Below, piece after piece: positions 1 to 10,298 of a DNA stretch of 64,000 nt. The stretch is taken from NCBI GenBank assembly GCA_910577035.1, contig CAJTKW010000005.1:1958-65957 (forward strand), given 5' to 3'. The notes under the pieces are model-generated. The model saw only the letters and a program-made list of their open reading frames with translations, was not told where the DNA came from and searched no databases. The DNA comes from an uncultured Acetatifactor sp. GTDB lineage: Bacteria; Bacillota; Clostridia; Lachnospirales; Lachnospiraceae. The position numbers and the translations under genes were made by a program. Position 1 is the stretch's first letter, and each line of letters begins with the position of its first letter.

Positions 1-1
1 C

Positions 2-997
2 TACGCCGGGGCGCTGGAGCAGGTAAAGGAATTCTGTATGGGAGGCAGTTCCCGGGAGAATCCGGGGAAATCGGAAGGCCAGGGCGGAGCCGGCGGACAG
101 AACGGTCAGGAAAGTCAGGGAGAAGAGAACAGCCTGAAGGAACAGGAAGACCCGAACGGAGCGGGCGGGCAGGATGGTCCGGACGGACAGAACTCGGCTG
201 GAGGGCAGGGTGCAGGGACCGGAGAAGAGGGGCCGGGCGGCAGCAGGGATGGGCAGGCGCCGGAGGCGAATGATCCTGCAGGCGCAGACGCCGGTCAGGA
301 GCCAGCGGAAGGCGGAGAAGGAACCGGCGGGCCTGCCGTGCCTCCGGAGCAGGCGGAGGCGGCGCCGGTGTTCGGCACGGTGGAGGATGATTATTTTTCC
401 GATGCGGTGTTTATCGGCGATTCCAGGACAGTAGGCATGTATGAGTACGGAGGGCTGGAGGATATTGCTGCCTTTTATGCTTCCACCGGCCTTACCGTCT
501 ACAAAATATTTGATTCCCCCATCGTGGAGGTTCCGGGCCAGAAAAAGAAGATTACCGTCGAGGAAGCTCTGCAGGCCAATTCCTTTGGCAAGATTTATCT
601 GATGATCGGCATTAACGAGATGGGAAGGGGGACGGTGGAGACCTTTACGGAGAAGTACCGGGAAGTGGTGGCGCATCTGCAGGAGCTGCAGCCGGAGGCG
701 GTTATTTATATCCAGGGGATCATTAAGGTGACTACAGAGCGTTCCGGCCAGGGAGATTATATCAACAATGAAGGGATTGAAGCACGGAACGCCGAGCTGG
801 CAAGGCTGGCGGACAATAAAAGTATATTTTATCTGGATGTGAATCCGCTTATTTGTGACGAGACCGGGGGTATGGTGGACACTTATACCTTTGACGGGGT
901 TCATCTGAAAGCGAAGTATATCCAGATCTGGAAGGACTACCTGAAGGGAAATGCCGTTCTGACAACGCCGCCTCCACAGGAGCAGGTATCAGGATGA
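2..997 (+). CDS. SGNH/GDSL hydrolase family protein with acidic Gly-rich linker (5' end outside window)
   Basis: FIGDSRT, MIGINE and DGVHL SGNH blocks; frame is open from position 2, upstream of the ATG at 38. Confidence 0.8.
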   Translation, partial: YAGALEQVKEFCMGGSSRENPGKSEGQGGAGGQNGQESQGEENSLKEQEDPNGAGGQDGPDGQNSAGGQGAGTGEEGPGGSRDGQAPEANDPAGADAGQEPAEGGEGTGGPAVPPEQAEAAPVFGTVEDDYFSDAVFIGDSRTVGMYEYGGLEDIAAFYASTGLTVYKIFDSPIVEVPGQKKKITVEEALQANSFGKIYLMIGINEMGRGTVETFTEKYREVVAHLQELQPEAVIYIQGIIKVTTERSGQGDYINNEGIEARNAELARLADNKSIFYLDVNPLICDETGGMVDTYTFDGVHLKAKYIQIWKDYLKGNAVLTTPPPQEQVSG

Positions 998-1028
998 AAA
1001 ACTGCAGGCATTTTCGAAAAGATTTTTC

Positions 1029-1057
1029 TTGACGCGTTCCCGACGAAAGATTATCAT
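1029..1057 (+). promoter_or_regulatory. sigma-A-type promoter for the nucleobase permease
   Basis: TTGACG-N17-TATCAT. Confidence 0.55.
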
Positions 1058-1172
1058 AGAAAAGAAAGTGCAATGAGGCCGTTTCCGCGGCCTCATTGTG
1101 CGGGAAGAAATAACCTGAAGGTCGGCTTTTCGAGAGGGGAGAGATCGGGGGAAATCACAGGAGGATGAGTTC

Positions 1173-2549
1173 ATGAGCAAGAAAAAATCGGCTCTCGGTG
1201 AGAGCGGCATTTATGATGCCAGGGTTCTTGGCGCTCCAAGGGTTGCAGTGCTGGGGCTGCAGCACATGTTTGCAATGTTTGGTTCCACAATACTGGTTCC
1301 TGTTCTGACGGGGCTGGATGTTTCCGCCACTTTGTTTTTTGCGGGAGTGGGGACATTGCTGTTTCATTTTCTGACAAAGAGGAATGTACCGGCCTTTTTG
1401 GGTTCCTCCTTTGCATTTCTGGCCGGTTACCATGCCATTGCGGGCAATCCCGATGAGGGCACGCTTCAGAAGGAGCTGCTTCCCTATGCCTGCTTTGGAG
1501 TGGCTTGTGCGGGCCTGCTGTATCTGCTGCTGGCTCTTTTGATTAAGCTGTTTGGCAGCAGGCGTGTCATGAAATTTTTCCCGCCTGTAGTTACGGGGCC
1601 GATCATTATTGCCATCGGCCTGACCCTTTCCCAGACGGCCATCGACAGCTGCTCCTCTGACTGGCTCATTGCCTTTGTGGCCATTGTGTTGATTATAATC
1701 TGTAATATCTGGGGGAAAGGCATGCTGAGGATCGTGCCGATTATCGTGGGTGTGATCGGTTCTTATCTGTTGGCGGCCTTTTTGCAGAGGGCGGATTTTT
1801 CCAAGGTTGCGGAAGCTGCCTGGGTAGGCTTTCCCATTCATTGGAACGAAACCGTGTTCTGGGCTTTTGAGGATGGTAATGTTTCCATGCTGCTTACAAG
1901 CGTTATCACCATTATGCCTATCGCCCTTGCCACCATCATGGAGCATGTGGGGGACATCTCCGCCATATCCTCTACCGTAGGGAAGAATTATATCAAGGAT
2001 CCCGGGCTGCACAGGACTCTGCTGGGTGACGGTCTTGCCACCATTGCGGCTTCCCTGTTCGGTGCGCCTGCCAATACGACTTACGGGGAAAACACGGGGG
2101 TGCTTTCCCTGACAAAGGTATTTGATCCCATGGTGATCCGGCTGGCGGCCGTCTTTGCGATCCTGTTTTCCTTCTGTCCGAAATTTGCCGCTGTAATCGG
2201 CTGCATGCCTACCGCTACCGTGGGAGGGGTATCGCTGGTACTCTACGGTATGATTTCCGCGGTGGGCGTGCGCAATGTGGTGGAGTCCCGGTGTGACTTT
2301 TCCAGGAGCCGGAACGTGATTATTGCTGCCCTGATCCTGGTGCTGTCCATTGGCATCAGGTACAGCGAGGCAGGGGCAATTGCGTTTACGGTGGGCTCGG
2401 TCACCATCAGCCTTTCCGGACTGGCGGTAGGAGCCCTGGTGGGAATTATCCTCAATGCGGTGCTGCCCGGCAAGGATTATGTGTTCAGTGAGGAGGAGCC
2501 CAGGGATACGGGGGTGAATTTTGCGGTTATGGGTAAGGAGAAGGATTGA
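1173..2549 (+). CDS. uraA: Uracil/xanthine permease (NCS2 family)
   Basis: GLQHMFAMFG, LGSSFAF, MEHVGD and PANTTYGEN motifs; polytopic hydrophobic protein; GGAGG RBS. Confidence 0.88.
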   Translation: MSKKKSALGESGIYDARVLGAPRVAVLGLQHMFAMFGSTILVPVLTGLDVSATLFFAGVGTLLFHFLTKRNVPAFLGSSFAFLAGYHAIAGNPDEGTLQKELLPYACFGVACAGLLYLLLALLIKLFGSRRVMKFFPPVVTGPIIIAIGLTLSQTAIDSCSSDWLIAFVAIVLIIICNIWGKGMLRIVPIIVGVIGSYLLAAFLQRADFSKVAEAAWVGFPIHWNETVFWAFEDGNVSMLLTSVITIMPIALATIMEHVGDISAISSTVGKNYIKDPGLHRTLLGDGLATIAASLFGAPANTTYGENTGVLSLTKVFDPMVIRLAAVFAILFSFCPKFAAVIGCMPTATVGGVSLVLYGMISAVGVRNVVESRCDFSRSRNVIIAALILVLSIGIRYSEAGAIAFTVGSVTISLSGLAVGALVGIILNAVLPGKDYVFSEEEPRDTGVNFAVMGKEKD

Positions 2550-2590
2550 CAGTCCCCGGACTTTGGGCATAAAATAATAAAAATACGGTG

Positions 2591-2620
2591 AAGGGGGTGC
2601 CGCAGGGCGCTCCCTTTTTT
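2591..2620 (+). terminator. Intrinsic terminator after the permease
   Basis: aagggggtgcc/ggcgctccctt stem followed by a T run. Confidence 0.6.
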
Positions 2621-2633
2621 GAAAGGAAAGAAT

Positions 2634-3719
2634 ATGAAAATTGCGGATATGCACTGTGATACGATCAGCAGGCTGGCGGATCTGGAGGAGAGGGGAGAAC
2701 CCCAGGGCTTACGGGAGAATACCGGACATCTTGACCTGCTGCGCATGGGGCAGGGAGGATATTTGCTCCAGAATTTTGCCCTGTTTGTGGAGCTTTCCCG
2801 GGAGCGGGACCCCTGGGAGAGGGTCTGCAGGCTGTATGAATGCTATAGCCGGGAGATGGAGCAAAACGGCGACCTGATCGCCCCGGTGCTTTGCTATGAC
2901 GATATTGCCGCCAATGAGGCCGCGGGAAAGCTTTCGGCGATGCTGACGGTGGAAGAGGGGGCCGTGTGCAGGGGAGAGATCGGAAAGCTGAGAAAGCTTT
3001 ATGATATGGGAGTCCGAATGCTTACCCTGACCTGGAACTTTCCCAATGAGCTGGGATACCCCAACCGGGTGGGAGAGCTGACGGAAAAGGTGGGCAGGCT
3101 TAGAAAGCAGATGAGGAAGTATCCCGGGGAAAGTGAGGAATATCAGGCGCTGCAGGCTCAGGCCAGGCCGCTGTTGGAAGAATATTTCCACACTCCCAAT
3201 ACCACGGGAGGGCTCACGGAGCGGGGCCGGGAATTTGTGGCGGAAATGGAAGCACTGGGTATGATCCCGGACGTATCCCATTTGTCCGATGCAGGATTTT
3301 ATGATGTGCTGGCGGTGACGAAGAAGCCCTTTGTGGCAAGCCATTCCGATGCCAGGGCCGTGTGCCCCAATGTGCGGAACATGACGGATGATATGATTCG
3401 TAAGCTGGCGGAGCGGGGCGGTGTGATGGGACTGAATTACTGTGCGGATTTTCTGGAGGAGCTGCCGGCAGGAGGGAAGAATCCGGGGACCATAGCTGCG
3501 GTCGTCCGCCATGCCGGGCACATCGTGAATGTGGGCGGGATCCAGGTTCTGGGACTGGGCAGTGATTTTGACGGTATCGATACCCATGAGGAGCTGCCGG
3601 GAGCGGAGAGTATGGGGAAGCTGTGGGAGGCCCTGAAGGCGGCGAAATTTACGGAAGCTCAGCTGGATCTTGTTTTCAGCGGAAATGTATTGCGAGTATA
3701 TCGTGACACCTTGTCCTGA
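2634..3719 (+). CDS. Membrane dipeptidase (peptidase M19)
   Basis: DMHCDT, TVEEG, TLTWN, DVSHLS, ASHS and GLGSDFDG motifs; start moved to the ATG after AAAGGA. Confidence 0.9.
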   Translation: MKIADMHCDTISRLADLEERGEPQGLRENTGHLDLLRMGQGGYLLQNFALFVELSRERDPWERVCRLYECYSREMEQNGDLIAPVLCYDDIAANEAAGKLSAMLTVEEGAVCRGEIGKLRKLYDMGVRMLTLTWNFPNELGYPNRVGELTEKVGRLRKQMRKYPGESEEYQALQAQARPLLEEYFHTPNTTGGLTERGREFVAEMEALGMIPDVSHLSDAGFYDVLAVTKKPFVASHSDARAVCPNVRNMTDDMIRKLAERGGVMGLNYCADFLEELPAGGKNPGTIAAVVRHAGHIVNVGGIQVLGLGSDFDGIDTHEELPGAESMGKLWEALKAAKFTEAQLDLVFSGNVLRVYRDTLS

Positions 3720-3834
3720 AAGTGCTATACTTAGGGAAGAGAAGATACGGTCAGCTCTTCCTCAGAGCCTCCGGCGGATGCGCACGGATATGCAGAGGAA
3801 AATGCTGCTTCGCAGCGCAAAGGAGTGCGGAATT

Positions 3835-5715
3835 ATGAAGACCTTTGAGGAACTGGATAAGCTCTTTGGAAAAAGTGAACAGGCATTTTTGGTGACGAAG
3901 TCACCCTTTTCGGAGGAAGCTGTCCTGGTATATGGAAATGCTGCGGCAGCTGCTCTGACAGGGATCAACATGAAAGAGACGGCAGGGCGCAGATTCCTGG
4001 ATCTGGGGGACCGGTGGAAGGAAGAGCGGCATATACACCACTCTGCTTTCGACGATGACCTGTGCCTTGTCATGGTCGTGGATAAGGCAGAATCAGAGCG
4101 GGCGGCAATGGCCGCTTACGCGGAGTCCTGCAGAAATATGGAAAGGGCGTTGGCGGCGGCCAACGATGCCAACCAGGCAAAAACTAAATTTTTATCGGAG
4201 ATGTCCCACGACATACGCACTCCCATGAACGCGATTGTGGGTATGACGGATATTGCGCTGAAATACGCAGAAGACACCGTAAGGGTGGAGGATTGCCTGA
4301 AGAAGATCAAGGTGGCTTCCGGACATCTGATGGGCCTGATTAATGAGGTGCTGGATATGTCCAGGATCGAGAGCGGCAAGCTGGTTTTGACGCTGGAGGA
4401 TTTCCAGCTGGTGGATCTGATCCATTCCATTGTGATCGTCATCAAACCTCAGGCAGAAAAGAAGGGGCTTCATTTTCATCTGGAAATGGGGGAAATCCTG
4501 CAGGAGAACCTTCAGGGTGATGCCATGCGTATCCGACAGATTTATACCAACCTCCTGTCCAATGCGGTCAAGTATACGGAGGACGGCGGGGATGTGTATA
4601 TGAGATTGTCCCAGGAACAGGGTGAGAACGGGATGATCCGGCTTCTGGCTGAGGTGGAGGATAACGGTATCGGCATGCCGCCGGAATTTCTGGAGCATAT
4701 ATTCGAACCCTTTGAGAGGGAGCGTAACACCACTCACAGTAAAATAGAGGGAACCGGCCTTGGCATGAGTATTACCAAAAGGCTGGTGGAGATGATGAAC
4801 GGCAGTATCTTAGTGGAAAGCAAAAAAGGGGCAGGCAGCAAGTTCAGGGTATGTCTGGAAGTGGAGTGCTCGGGCAGGGGGGCGGCTTTCGAAAAAAATG
4901 CCCTGGCCGGCCAGAAGGTGCTGGTACTGCAGGGAGAGAAGGAAAAGCTGGAACGGCTGCCCGAAATGCTGCGCCGCTTTGGCATGGAAGCGGATGTGGC
5001 ATCCTGCGGTATGGAGGCGGTGGATTTGCTCAATGATGCGGACATTAGCGGGATGAACTATTTTGCCATGCTTACCTGTGATAAGCTGGCGGATATGGAG
5101 CTTTCCCTTTTTCTGCCTGAGGTCTGCGCCAGAAAGGGCAGGGATTTTCCCATATTGCTTTTGTCCGAAAGTGACTGGACTGAGGAAGAGTATCTGTTAG
5201 GGCGGGCCGGAGTGACTTCTTTCGTTCCCCTGCCTCTGTCGGAAAGCCGTCTGGCAGAAGCGTTGTATGCCTATACTGAGGAAGGCAGGAGCAGACAGAA
5301 GCTTTCGGAGAGCAAACCGAGGAAGAATCATCAGAACAGCCATATTCTTCTGGTGGAGGACAATGAACTGAACCGGGAAATCGCGCTGGAGATTCTGAGC
5401 AGTACGGGGGTACAGATTGACACGGCATGTAACGGGCAGGAGGCTGTTGATACTTTTCTGGCGAAGCCGGAATATTACTATGGGATGATATTGATGGATA
5501 TTCAGATGCCGGTAATGGATGGCCTGGAGGCTACAAGGAGGATTCGAAGCCTGGACCGGGTGGATGCTTCGGCGGTGGCCATTGTATCCATGACTGCAAA
5601 TGCTTTTGCGGAGGACAGGAAGCGTTCAATCGAGGCAGGTATGAATGCACATATTACAAAGCCCATCGACGTGGAGCAGCTGCTGGAATGTCTTGACCAA
5701 TGGTGCGGGAGGTAA
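3835..5715 (+). CDS. Soluble hybrid histidine kinase/response regulator
   Basis: H-box FLSEMSHDIRTPMN, NLLSNAVKYT, DNGIG, GTGLG; C-terminal REC (LLVEDN, LMDIQMP, KP); degenerate middle REC; AGGAG RBS before 3835. Confidence 0.9.
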   Translation: MKTFEELDKLFGKSEQAFLVTKSPFSEEAVLVYGNAAAAALTGINMKETAGRRFLDLGDRWKEERHIHHSAFDDDLCLVMVVDKAESERAAMAAYAESCRNMERALAAANDANQAKTKFLSEMSHDIRTPMNAIVGMTDIALKYAEDTVRVEDCLKKIKVASGHLMGLINEVLDMSRIESGKLVLTLEDFQLVDLIHSIVIVIKPQAEKKGLHFHLEMGEILQENLQGDAMRIRQIYTNLLSNAVKYTEDGGDVYMRLSQEQGENGMIRLLAEVEDNGIGMPPEFLEHIFEPFERERNTTHSKIEGTGLGMSITKRLVEMMNGSILVESKKGAGSKFRVCLEVECSGRGAAFEKNALAGQKVLVLQGEKEKLERLPEMLRRFGMEADVASCGMEAVDLLNDADISGMNYFAMLTCDKLADMELSLFLPEVCARKGRDFPILLLSESDWTEEEYLLGRAGVTSFVPLPLSESRLAEALYAYTEEGRSRQKLSESKPRKNHQNSHILLVEDNELNREIALEILSSTGVQIDTACNGQEAVDTFLAKPEYYYGMILMDIQMPVMDGLEATRRIRSLDRVDASAVAIVSMTANAFAEDRKRSIEAGMNAHITKPIDVEQLLECLDQWCGR

Positions 5716-5717
5716 GC

Positions 5718-7505
5718 ATGCGGCAATATCAGGAAGAATATATCGCCAATACCAAAAGTATTACCGAGCTGATGCTGCATACCGAGCTGATCGGGCTGCC
5801 TCCGGAGGAAATTTGCCGCAGGCTTCGGATGAAAGGGATCGGAGTGCGGGAACTTCAGGAGCGGAATAACCGGATCCTGCGGGAACGGCTGATTCCCACT
5901 CTGGACAATATTCTTACCGCCGGCGAGGAAGAAATCGACGCATTGGTGGAATTTACGGATGCGCTGCTGCAAAGGCAGCTGGATGCCGGAGTGAGGTATT
6001 ATGTTTGCCGGGCGCTGGTTTCAGTGGCCCGGGTGCAGGGAAACCGAAATCTGCTGATTAAGGAGCTTTACATGACAGGCATGGCACTTTATGGCCTCCG
6101 GAGCACCCTGGAGGGTCAGGATGACAGTCAATTCTGCTGGAGAATGAGGATGGTATTTGGAGAGGCGGCAGGTTATATTCGGTATTACGATGAAATAGAC
6201 GATGCTGATACAAGAGGATATATCCATCGGTCCATGGGAAACCTGGCGCTGGGGATAGCAGGTCATGACAGCAGAACAGCGGAAAAAAAGATGGAGGTGC
6301 TTCGGCGTTCCCTGCAGGTACTGACGGATCCTGTCTATCAGGAGAAGACTCCCCAGCTGCCCTGGAATACCTATATTTATAAGCAGCACCAGGAGCGGAC
6401 TACCCTGATGGAGTATCTGCGGGGCGGTGAGGTGACGGCCAGAATTGTAGGAGAGGTCATGGAGTCTGCCCAGTATGTTTATGACAGGCAGGTGAAAAAT
6501 GCCAGGGAGAGAGGAATGCCTCTGGAGGCGCGGTGGCTTTATACCTATTATGCGGCTTCCTATTACTGCGGCGTGTACACATTGCCGGAGCTCCTGCACA
6601 AGATTGAGGAGGTCTATGCCTCCGCGTCTTTTTCCGATTACAGCGTGAACGGGATGTATGGAAATATTTTTCTTCCGGCCATATACTCTGTCCACCTGGG
6701 AAAGGATCCGGAGCTGTTGGAGCGGAAAAAACCGGTAGTCCTGATGATGTACCGCAGAATGAAGGAATATCTGAAGCGGGTGCCCCCGGGCGAGAACACG
6801 GGCAGTTTGTCTTCCTATGTCAGAGGAAGCATGGGGGCGTATATTGAATACCCGGGAGAAAACAGTTTCCGCGATTATGTGGAGGAAGTGATTGCCGGCA
6901 GGCAGCCGGAAACATATGCACATTCCTATATGGTTTCAAGGCTTGCATCGCTGATCTTTGACGAGATGATGGAGACAATGCCGGAGCAGCTCGTGGGCGT
7001 CAGGGGAACAAAGAGTGTCGGGGAGCTGCAGGAACGCAGGGAAGAAGTGGAGAGGTTTCTGTATGATTGCTGCATTCTTCATGATATAGGGAAACTGAAG
7101 ATGCTGGAGCTTTACGAACTGCCCAATCGCGGGTGGTTTGCCGAGGAGGAGGAACTGTACAGATTTCATACGGTTTACGGCTGGCAGATGCTGACGCGGT
7201 ATGACTCCACGAAAGATCTGGCGCCGGCAGCCCTGGGGCATCACAGATGGTTTGACGGGCAGGGAGGCTTTCCGGAGGCGTACCATCGGGAGCAGGATGC
7301 AGTGCTGACCGATATCGTCAGCGTGGCGGATTTTATTGACGAAATCTGTAATCCCGGGGAAAATTATCAATGTGAGACCGTATGCCCGGAAGAGATGCTG
7401 GAGCAGCTGCGTGCTTTTGCAGGCGCCAGGTTTTCGCCTTTTGCTGCAGAGGCGGCTGTCCGACGGGAGGAAGATATAAAAAAAGTATTGACAGACAGTC
7501 TCTGA
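5718..7505 (+). CDS. HD-GYP-like phosphohydrolase with long N-terminal domain
   Basis: TYAHS, LHDIGK, GHHRWFDGQGGFP and VADFID motifs; GGAGG RBS; starts 2 bp after the kinase stop. Confidence 0.78.
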   Translation: MRQYQEEYIANTKSITELMLHTELIGLPPEEICRRLRMKGIGVRELQERNNRILRERLIPTLDNILTAGEEEIDALVEFTDALLQRQLDAGVRYYVCRALVSVARVQGNRNLLIKELYMTGMALYGLRSTLEGQDDSQFCWRMRMVFGEAAGYIRYYDEIDDADTRGYIHRSMGNLALGIAGHDSRTAEKKMEVLRRSLQVLTDPVYQEKTPQLPWNTYIYKQHQERTTLMEYLRGGEVTARIVGEVMESAQYVYDRQVKNARERGMPLEARWLYTYYAASYYCGVYTLPELLHKIEEVYASASFSDYSVNGMYGNIFLPAIYSVHLGKDPELLERKKPVVLMMYRRMKEYLKRVPPGENTGSLSSYVRGSMGAYIEYPGENSFRDYVEEVIAGRQPETYAHSYMVSRLASLIFDEMMETMPEQLVGVRGTKSVGELQERREEVERFLYDCCILHDIGKLKMLELYELPNRGWFAEEEELYRFHTVYGWQMLTRYDSTKDLAPAALGHHRWFDGQGGFPEAYHREQDAVLTDIVSVADFIDEICNPGENYQCETVCPEEMLEQLRAFAGARFSPFAAEAAVRREEDIKKVLTDSL

Positions 7506-7551
7506 TCCTTTATAATGCTGATAATTTCATAAATCAAGTGATTGATTGTAA

Positions 7552-7836
7552 AAGCAATGACAAGAAGAAGTAGCAGACAGTGGGGCATACAGAAAGCAGC
7601 CGGATGATGAGAGGCGCATGGGAAGCTGTTTGTGAATACATCTTTGAGCTTCACACCAAATTCTGCGTTTTGCGGATAGTAGGCTGTGACGGTTCCCGCA
7701 TCCGTTATCGTGCTAGGGTATAAGCTGTGGCAGCAGTCGTACCCGAAGAGGCAGGCAGTGTGAGCTGTCTGTAAACATTAGGTGGTATCACGAGGCTTGG
7801 GCTCTCGTCCTTTTGAAAGGATGGGAGCTTTTTTAA
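7552..7836 (+). promoter_or_regulatory. T-box riboswitch, Tyr specifier
   Basis: AGTAG, AGAAAG and GATGAGAG stem I motifs; specifier GAA-TAC at 7634-7639; T-box TTAGGTGGTATCACG at 7778-7792; terminator at 7801-7835; lies upstream of tyrS. Confidence 0.92.
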
Positions 7837-7904
7837 TGCGCTGCTTCATGGAATGAGCAGGTCCGCTGAGCCGGAACAGGAAAATAAAAAAAAGGAGAGC
7901 AGAT

Positions 7905-9206
7905 ATGAAAACAACAGAAGCAGAATTCGGGAAAAAGGATTTTACGGAGAACGGGGAGACGACACGGGTGAGGGACATGGATGAGGAGCAGATAAAGGCC
8001 CTGGTCCGCCATCAGATGCGCGTTATCAGACAAGGGGCAGCCGAGTTGATCGGTGAGGAAGAGCTGGGGGAGAAGCTGAGACGCAGTATCATGACGGGAA
8101 AGCCGCTGACAGTCAAGTTCGGCATGGATCCCAGTGCGCCGGACATCCACCTGGGGCATGCGGTGGCGCTGCGGAAGCTGAAGCAGATGCAGGACCTGGG
8201 GCACAGGATTGTGGTGGTAATCGGGGATTTCACCGGGAGGATCGGGGATCCCACCGGAAAGAGCAAAGGGAGAAAGGCGCTTTCGGACGAAGAGGTGAGC
8301 GCCAATGCACAGACATACCAGGAGCAGATATTCAGGATTCTGGACAGGGAGAAGACCCGGGTGAGGTACAACGGGGAATGGCTGGAACACCTGGATTTCG
8401 GACAGGTGCTGGAGCTTGCGTCCACAACAACGGTGGCGAGAATGCTGGAGCGGGATGATTTCCAGAACCGTTTCCGCAACAACATTCCCATCGGGCTGCA
8501 TGAATTTTTCTATCCCTTAATGCAGGCGTATGATTCCGTTGTGCTGGAGGCAGATCTGGAGCTGGGGGGAACGGATCAGACCTTCAACGTCCTCATGGGG
8601 AGAAGCCTGCAGAGAGAGTGTGGGCAGGAATCTCAGGCGGTGCTGTTCATGCCGCTTCTGGAAGGGATTGACGGTGCGGAGAAGATGAGCAAGAGTCTGG
8701 GAAATTACATCGGCATAGATGAGGATGCCAGAACCATGTTTACCAAGGTGATGCAGATCCCCGACGGGCTGATCCTCAAATATTTTGAGCTGGGGACGGA
8801 TATTCAGCCGGAGGATCTGGACAAGGTGAGGGAAGATCTGGCGGACGGAGGAAATCCCAGGGATGCAAAGCTGCTGCTGGCAAGGACGATCACGGAACTG
8901 TATCATGGCGAGGAGGAAGCGGAGTCGGCAGAGAGCTTTTTCCGGGAGGCCTTTACCAACCGCGGCGTGCCGGAGAATGTGGACGCCCTGCAGGTCATTT
9001 TGGATCGGGGAAACCTGCTGGATTGTGTCCGTCCGCTGGTAAACGGGGGGTATGTGGAGAGCGGCGCCGGTTTCCGAAGGCTGATTGCCCAGGGCGGTGT
9101 CTGGAAGAACGGCGAGCGGGTGAAGGATCCGGAGGAAAGGGTTAAGGCAGGTGATGTGCTGAAGATCGGAAAGCGGCGTTTTGTGAGACTGGAGACAGAT
9201 ATGTAG
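7905..9206 (+). CDS. tyrS: Tyrosine--tRNA ligase
   Basis: GMDPSAPDIHLGH, YPLMQAYD, GGTDQ, KMSKS; C-terminal S4-like domain. Confidence 0.97.
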   Translation: MKTTEAEFGKKDFTENGETTRVRDMDEEQIKALVRHQMRVIRQGAAELIGEEELGEKLRRSIMTGKPLTVKFGMDPSAPDIHLGHAVALRKLKQMQDLGHRIVVVIGDFTGRIGDPTGKSKGRKALSDEEVSANAQTYQEQIFRILDREKTRVRYNGEWLEHLDFGQVLELASTTTVARMLERDDFQNRFRNNIPIGLHEFFYPLMQAYDSVVLEADLELGGTDQTFNVLMGRSLQRECGQESQAVLFMPLLEGIDGAEKMSKSLGNYIGIDEDARTMFTKVMQIPDGLILKYFELGTDIQPEDLDKVREDLADGGNPRDAKLLLARTITELYHGEEEAESAESFFREAFTNRGVPENVDALQVILDRGNLLDCVRPLVNGGYVESGAGFRRLIAQGGVWKNGERVKDPEERVKAGDVLKIGKRRFVRLETDM

Positions 9207-9338
9207 TAACAAAAACCACATAAAAAAGATAAAAAAACTATAAAATGTATTTTTGAGTAATGATTTGCATTGCTATTTTGATAGGTAAGTGGTATTCTTT
9301 ACTTTATAGACGATAACTTATGAAAGGTCAGTAAACAT

Positions 9339-10244
9339 ATGAGTGAAGCATTCCATATTATCAGCGACGGCTCCTGTGATTTGCCGGCAGAGCTTGCAGA
9401 AAAGAAAAATATTACAGTAGTTCCCTTTTATGTGTCTTTTGATAATGAGCATTATCTGAAGGAAAACGTGGAAATCGGCATCAGAGATTTTTATCAGCAG
9501 ATGGTGGACCGGAAGGGAGTATATCCCAAATCCTCCTTGCCTGCGGTCAGGGACTATATGGATGCGTTCCGGCCTTATGCGGAAGCGGGGGTGCCGGTGA
9601 TCTGTATCTGCATTACCACGAAATTCAGCGGCTCCATGCAGTCGGCGGTGAATGCCAGGGAAGCGCTCCGGGAAGAGTATCCCGATTTGGAGATCACGGT
9701 TATTGATGCTACCGTTAATACGGTGCTGCAGGGACTGTATGTGCTGGAAGGGGTTAAGATGCGGGATGCCGGGTTCAGCTATCAGGACGCGGTGGCACGG
9801 CTGGAAGAGATCAAGGGTACCGGCAGGATATTCTTTACCGTGGGAAATATGGAATATTTAAAGCACGGCGGGCGGATCGGAAAGGTAGGGGCGCTGGCGG
9901 GCAGTGTTCTGGATATACGTCCGGTGATTACGCTGAAAAGAGGCGAGATATTCCCGTCGGGAATCGGCAGAGGGAGAAAGCGGAGCACGGCAAAGGCGAC
10001 GGATCTGCTGGTGTCCTATTTGAAAAAGGGAGGGCTGGGCATCGATTGCTACAGCATTGTCATCGGCTATGGCTATGACATCGAAGAGGGGAAAGAATAC
10101 CGGGACAGTGTGGTACGGGAGCTGCAGGCTCAGGGCCATGAGGTAAAGGAGCTTCCCACCTGCCAGATCGGTGCGACCATCGGCGTACATACCGGCCCGT
10201 ATCCCCTGGGGATCGGCGTGATCGAGAAGGCAATTCACAATTGA
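9339..10244 (+). CDS. DegV family fatty-acid-binding protein
   Basis: ISDGSCDL, PKSSLP, SGS, YLKHGGRIG and IGVHTGP motifs. Confidence 0.92.
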   Translation: MSEAFHIISDGSCDLPAELAEKKNITVVPFYVSFDNEHYLKENVEIGIRDFYQQMVDRKGVYPKSSLPAVRDYMDAFRPYAEAGVPVICICITTKFSGSMQSAVNAREALREEYPDLEITVIDATVNTVLQGLYVLEGVKMRDAGFSYQDAVARLEEIKGTGRIFFTVGNMEYLKHGGRIGKVGALAGSVLDIRPVITLKRGEIFPSGIGRGRKRSTAKATDLLVSYLKKGGLGIDCYSIVIGYGYDIEEGKEYRDSVVRELQAQGHEVKELPTCQIGATIGVHTGPYPLGIGVIEKAIHN

Positions 10245-10261
10245 TATGTTATATCGGAAGG

Positions 10262-10298
10262 AAAGGCCGGCCGCCAGTCATCTGCAGCCGGTCTTTTT
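10262..10298. terminator. Probable bidirectional terminator between convergent degV-family and HAD genes
   Basis: aaaggccggc ... gccggtcttttt inverted repeat. Confidence 0.5.

Noticed and set aside
1100..1172. PyrR-binding attenuator upstream of the permease
   Set aside because: Only a partial GAGAGG match; no ARUCC half and no U-tailed terminator
1155..2654. 499-aa minus-strand ORF (likewise 32651-33805, 50495-51517, 17978-18928, 6021-6923)
   Set aside because: Antisense shadows of well-supported plus-strand genes
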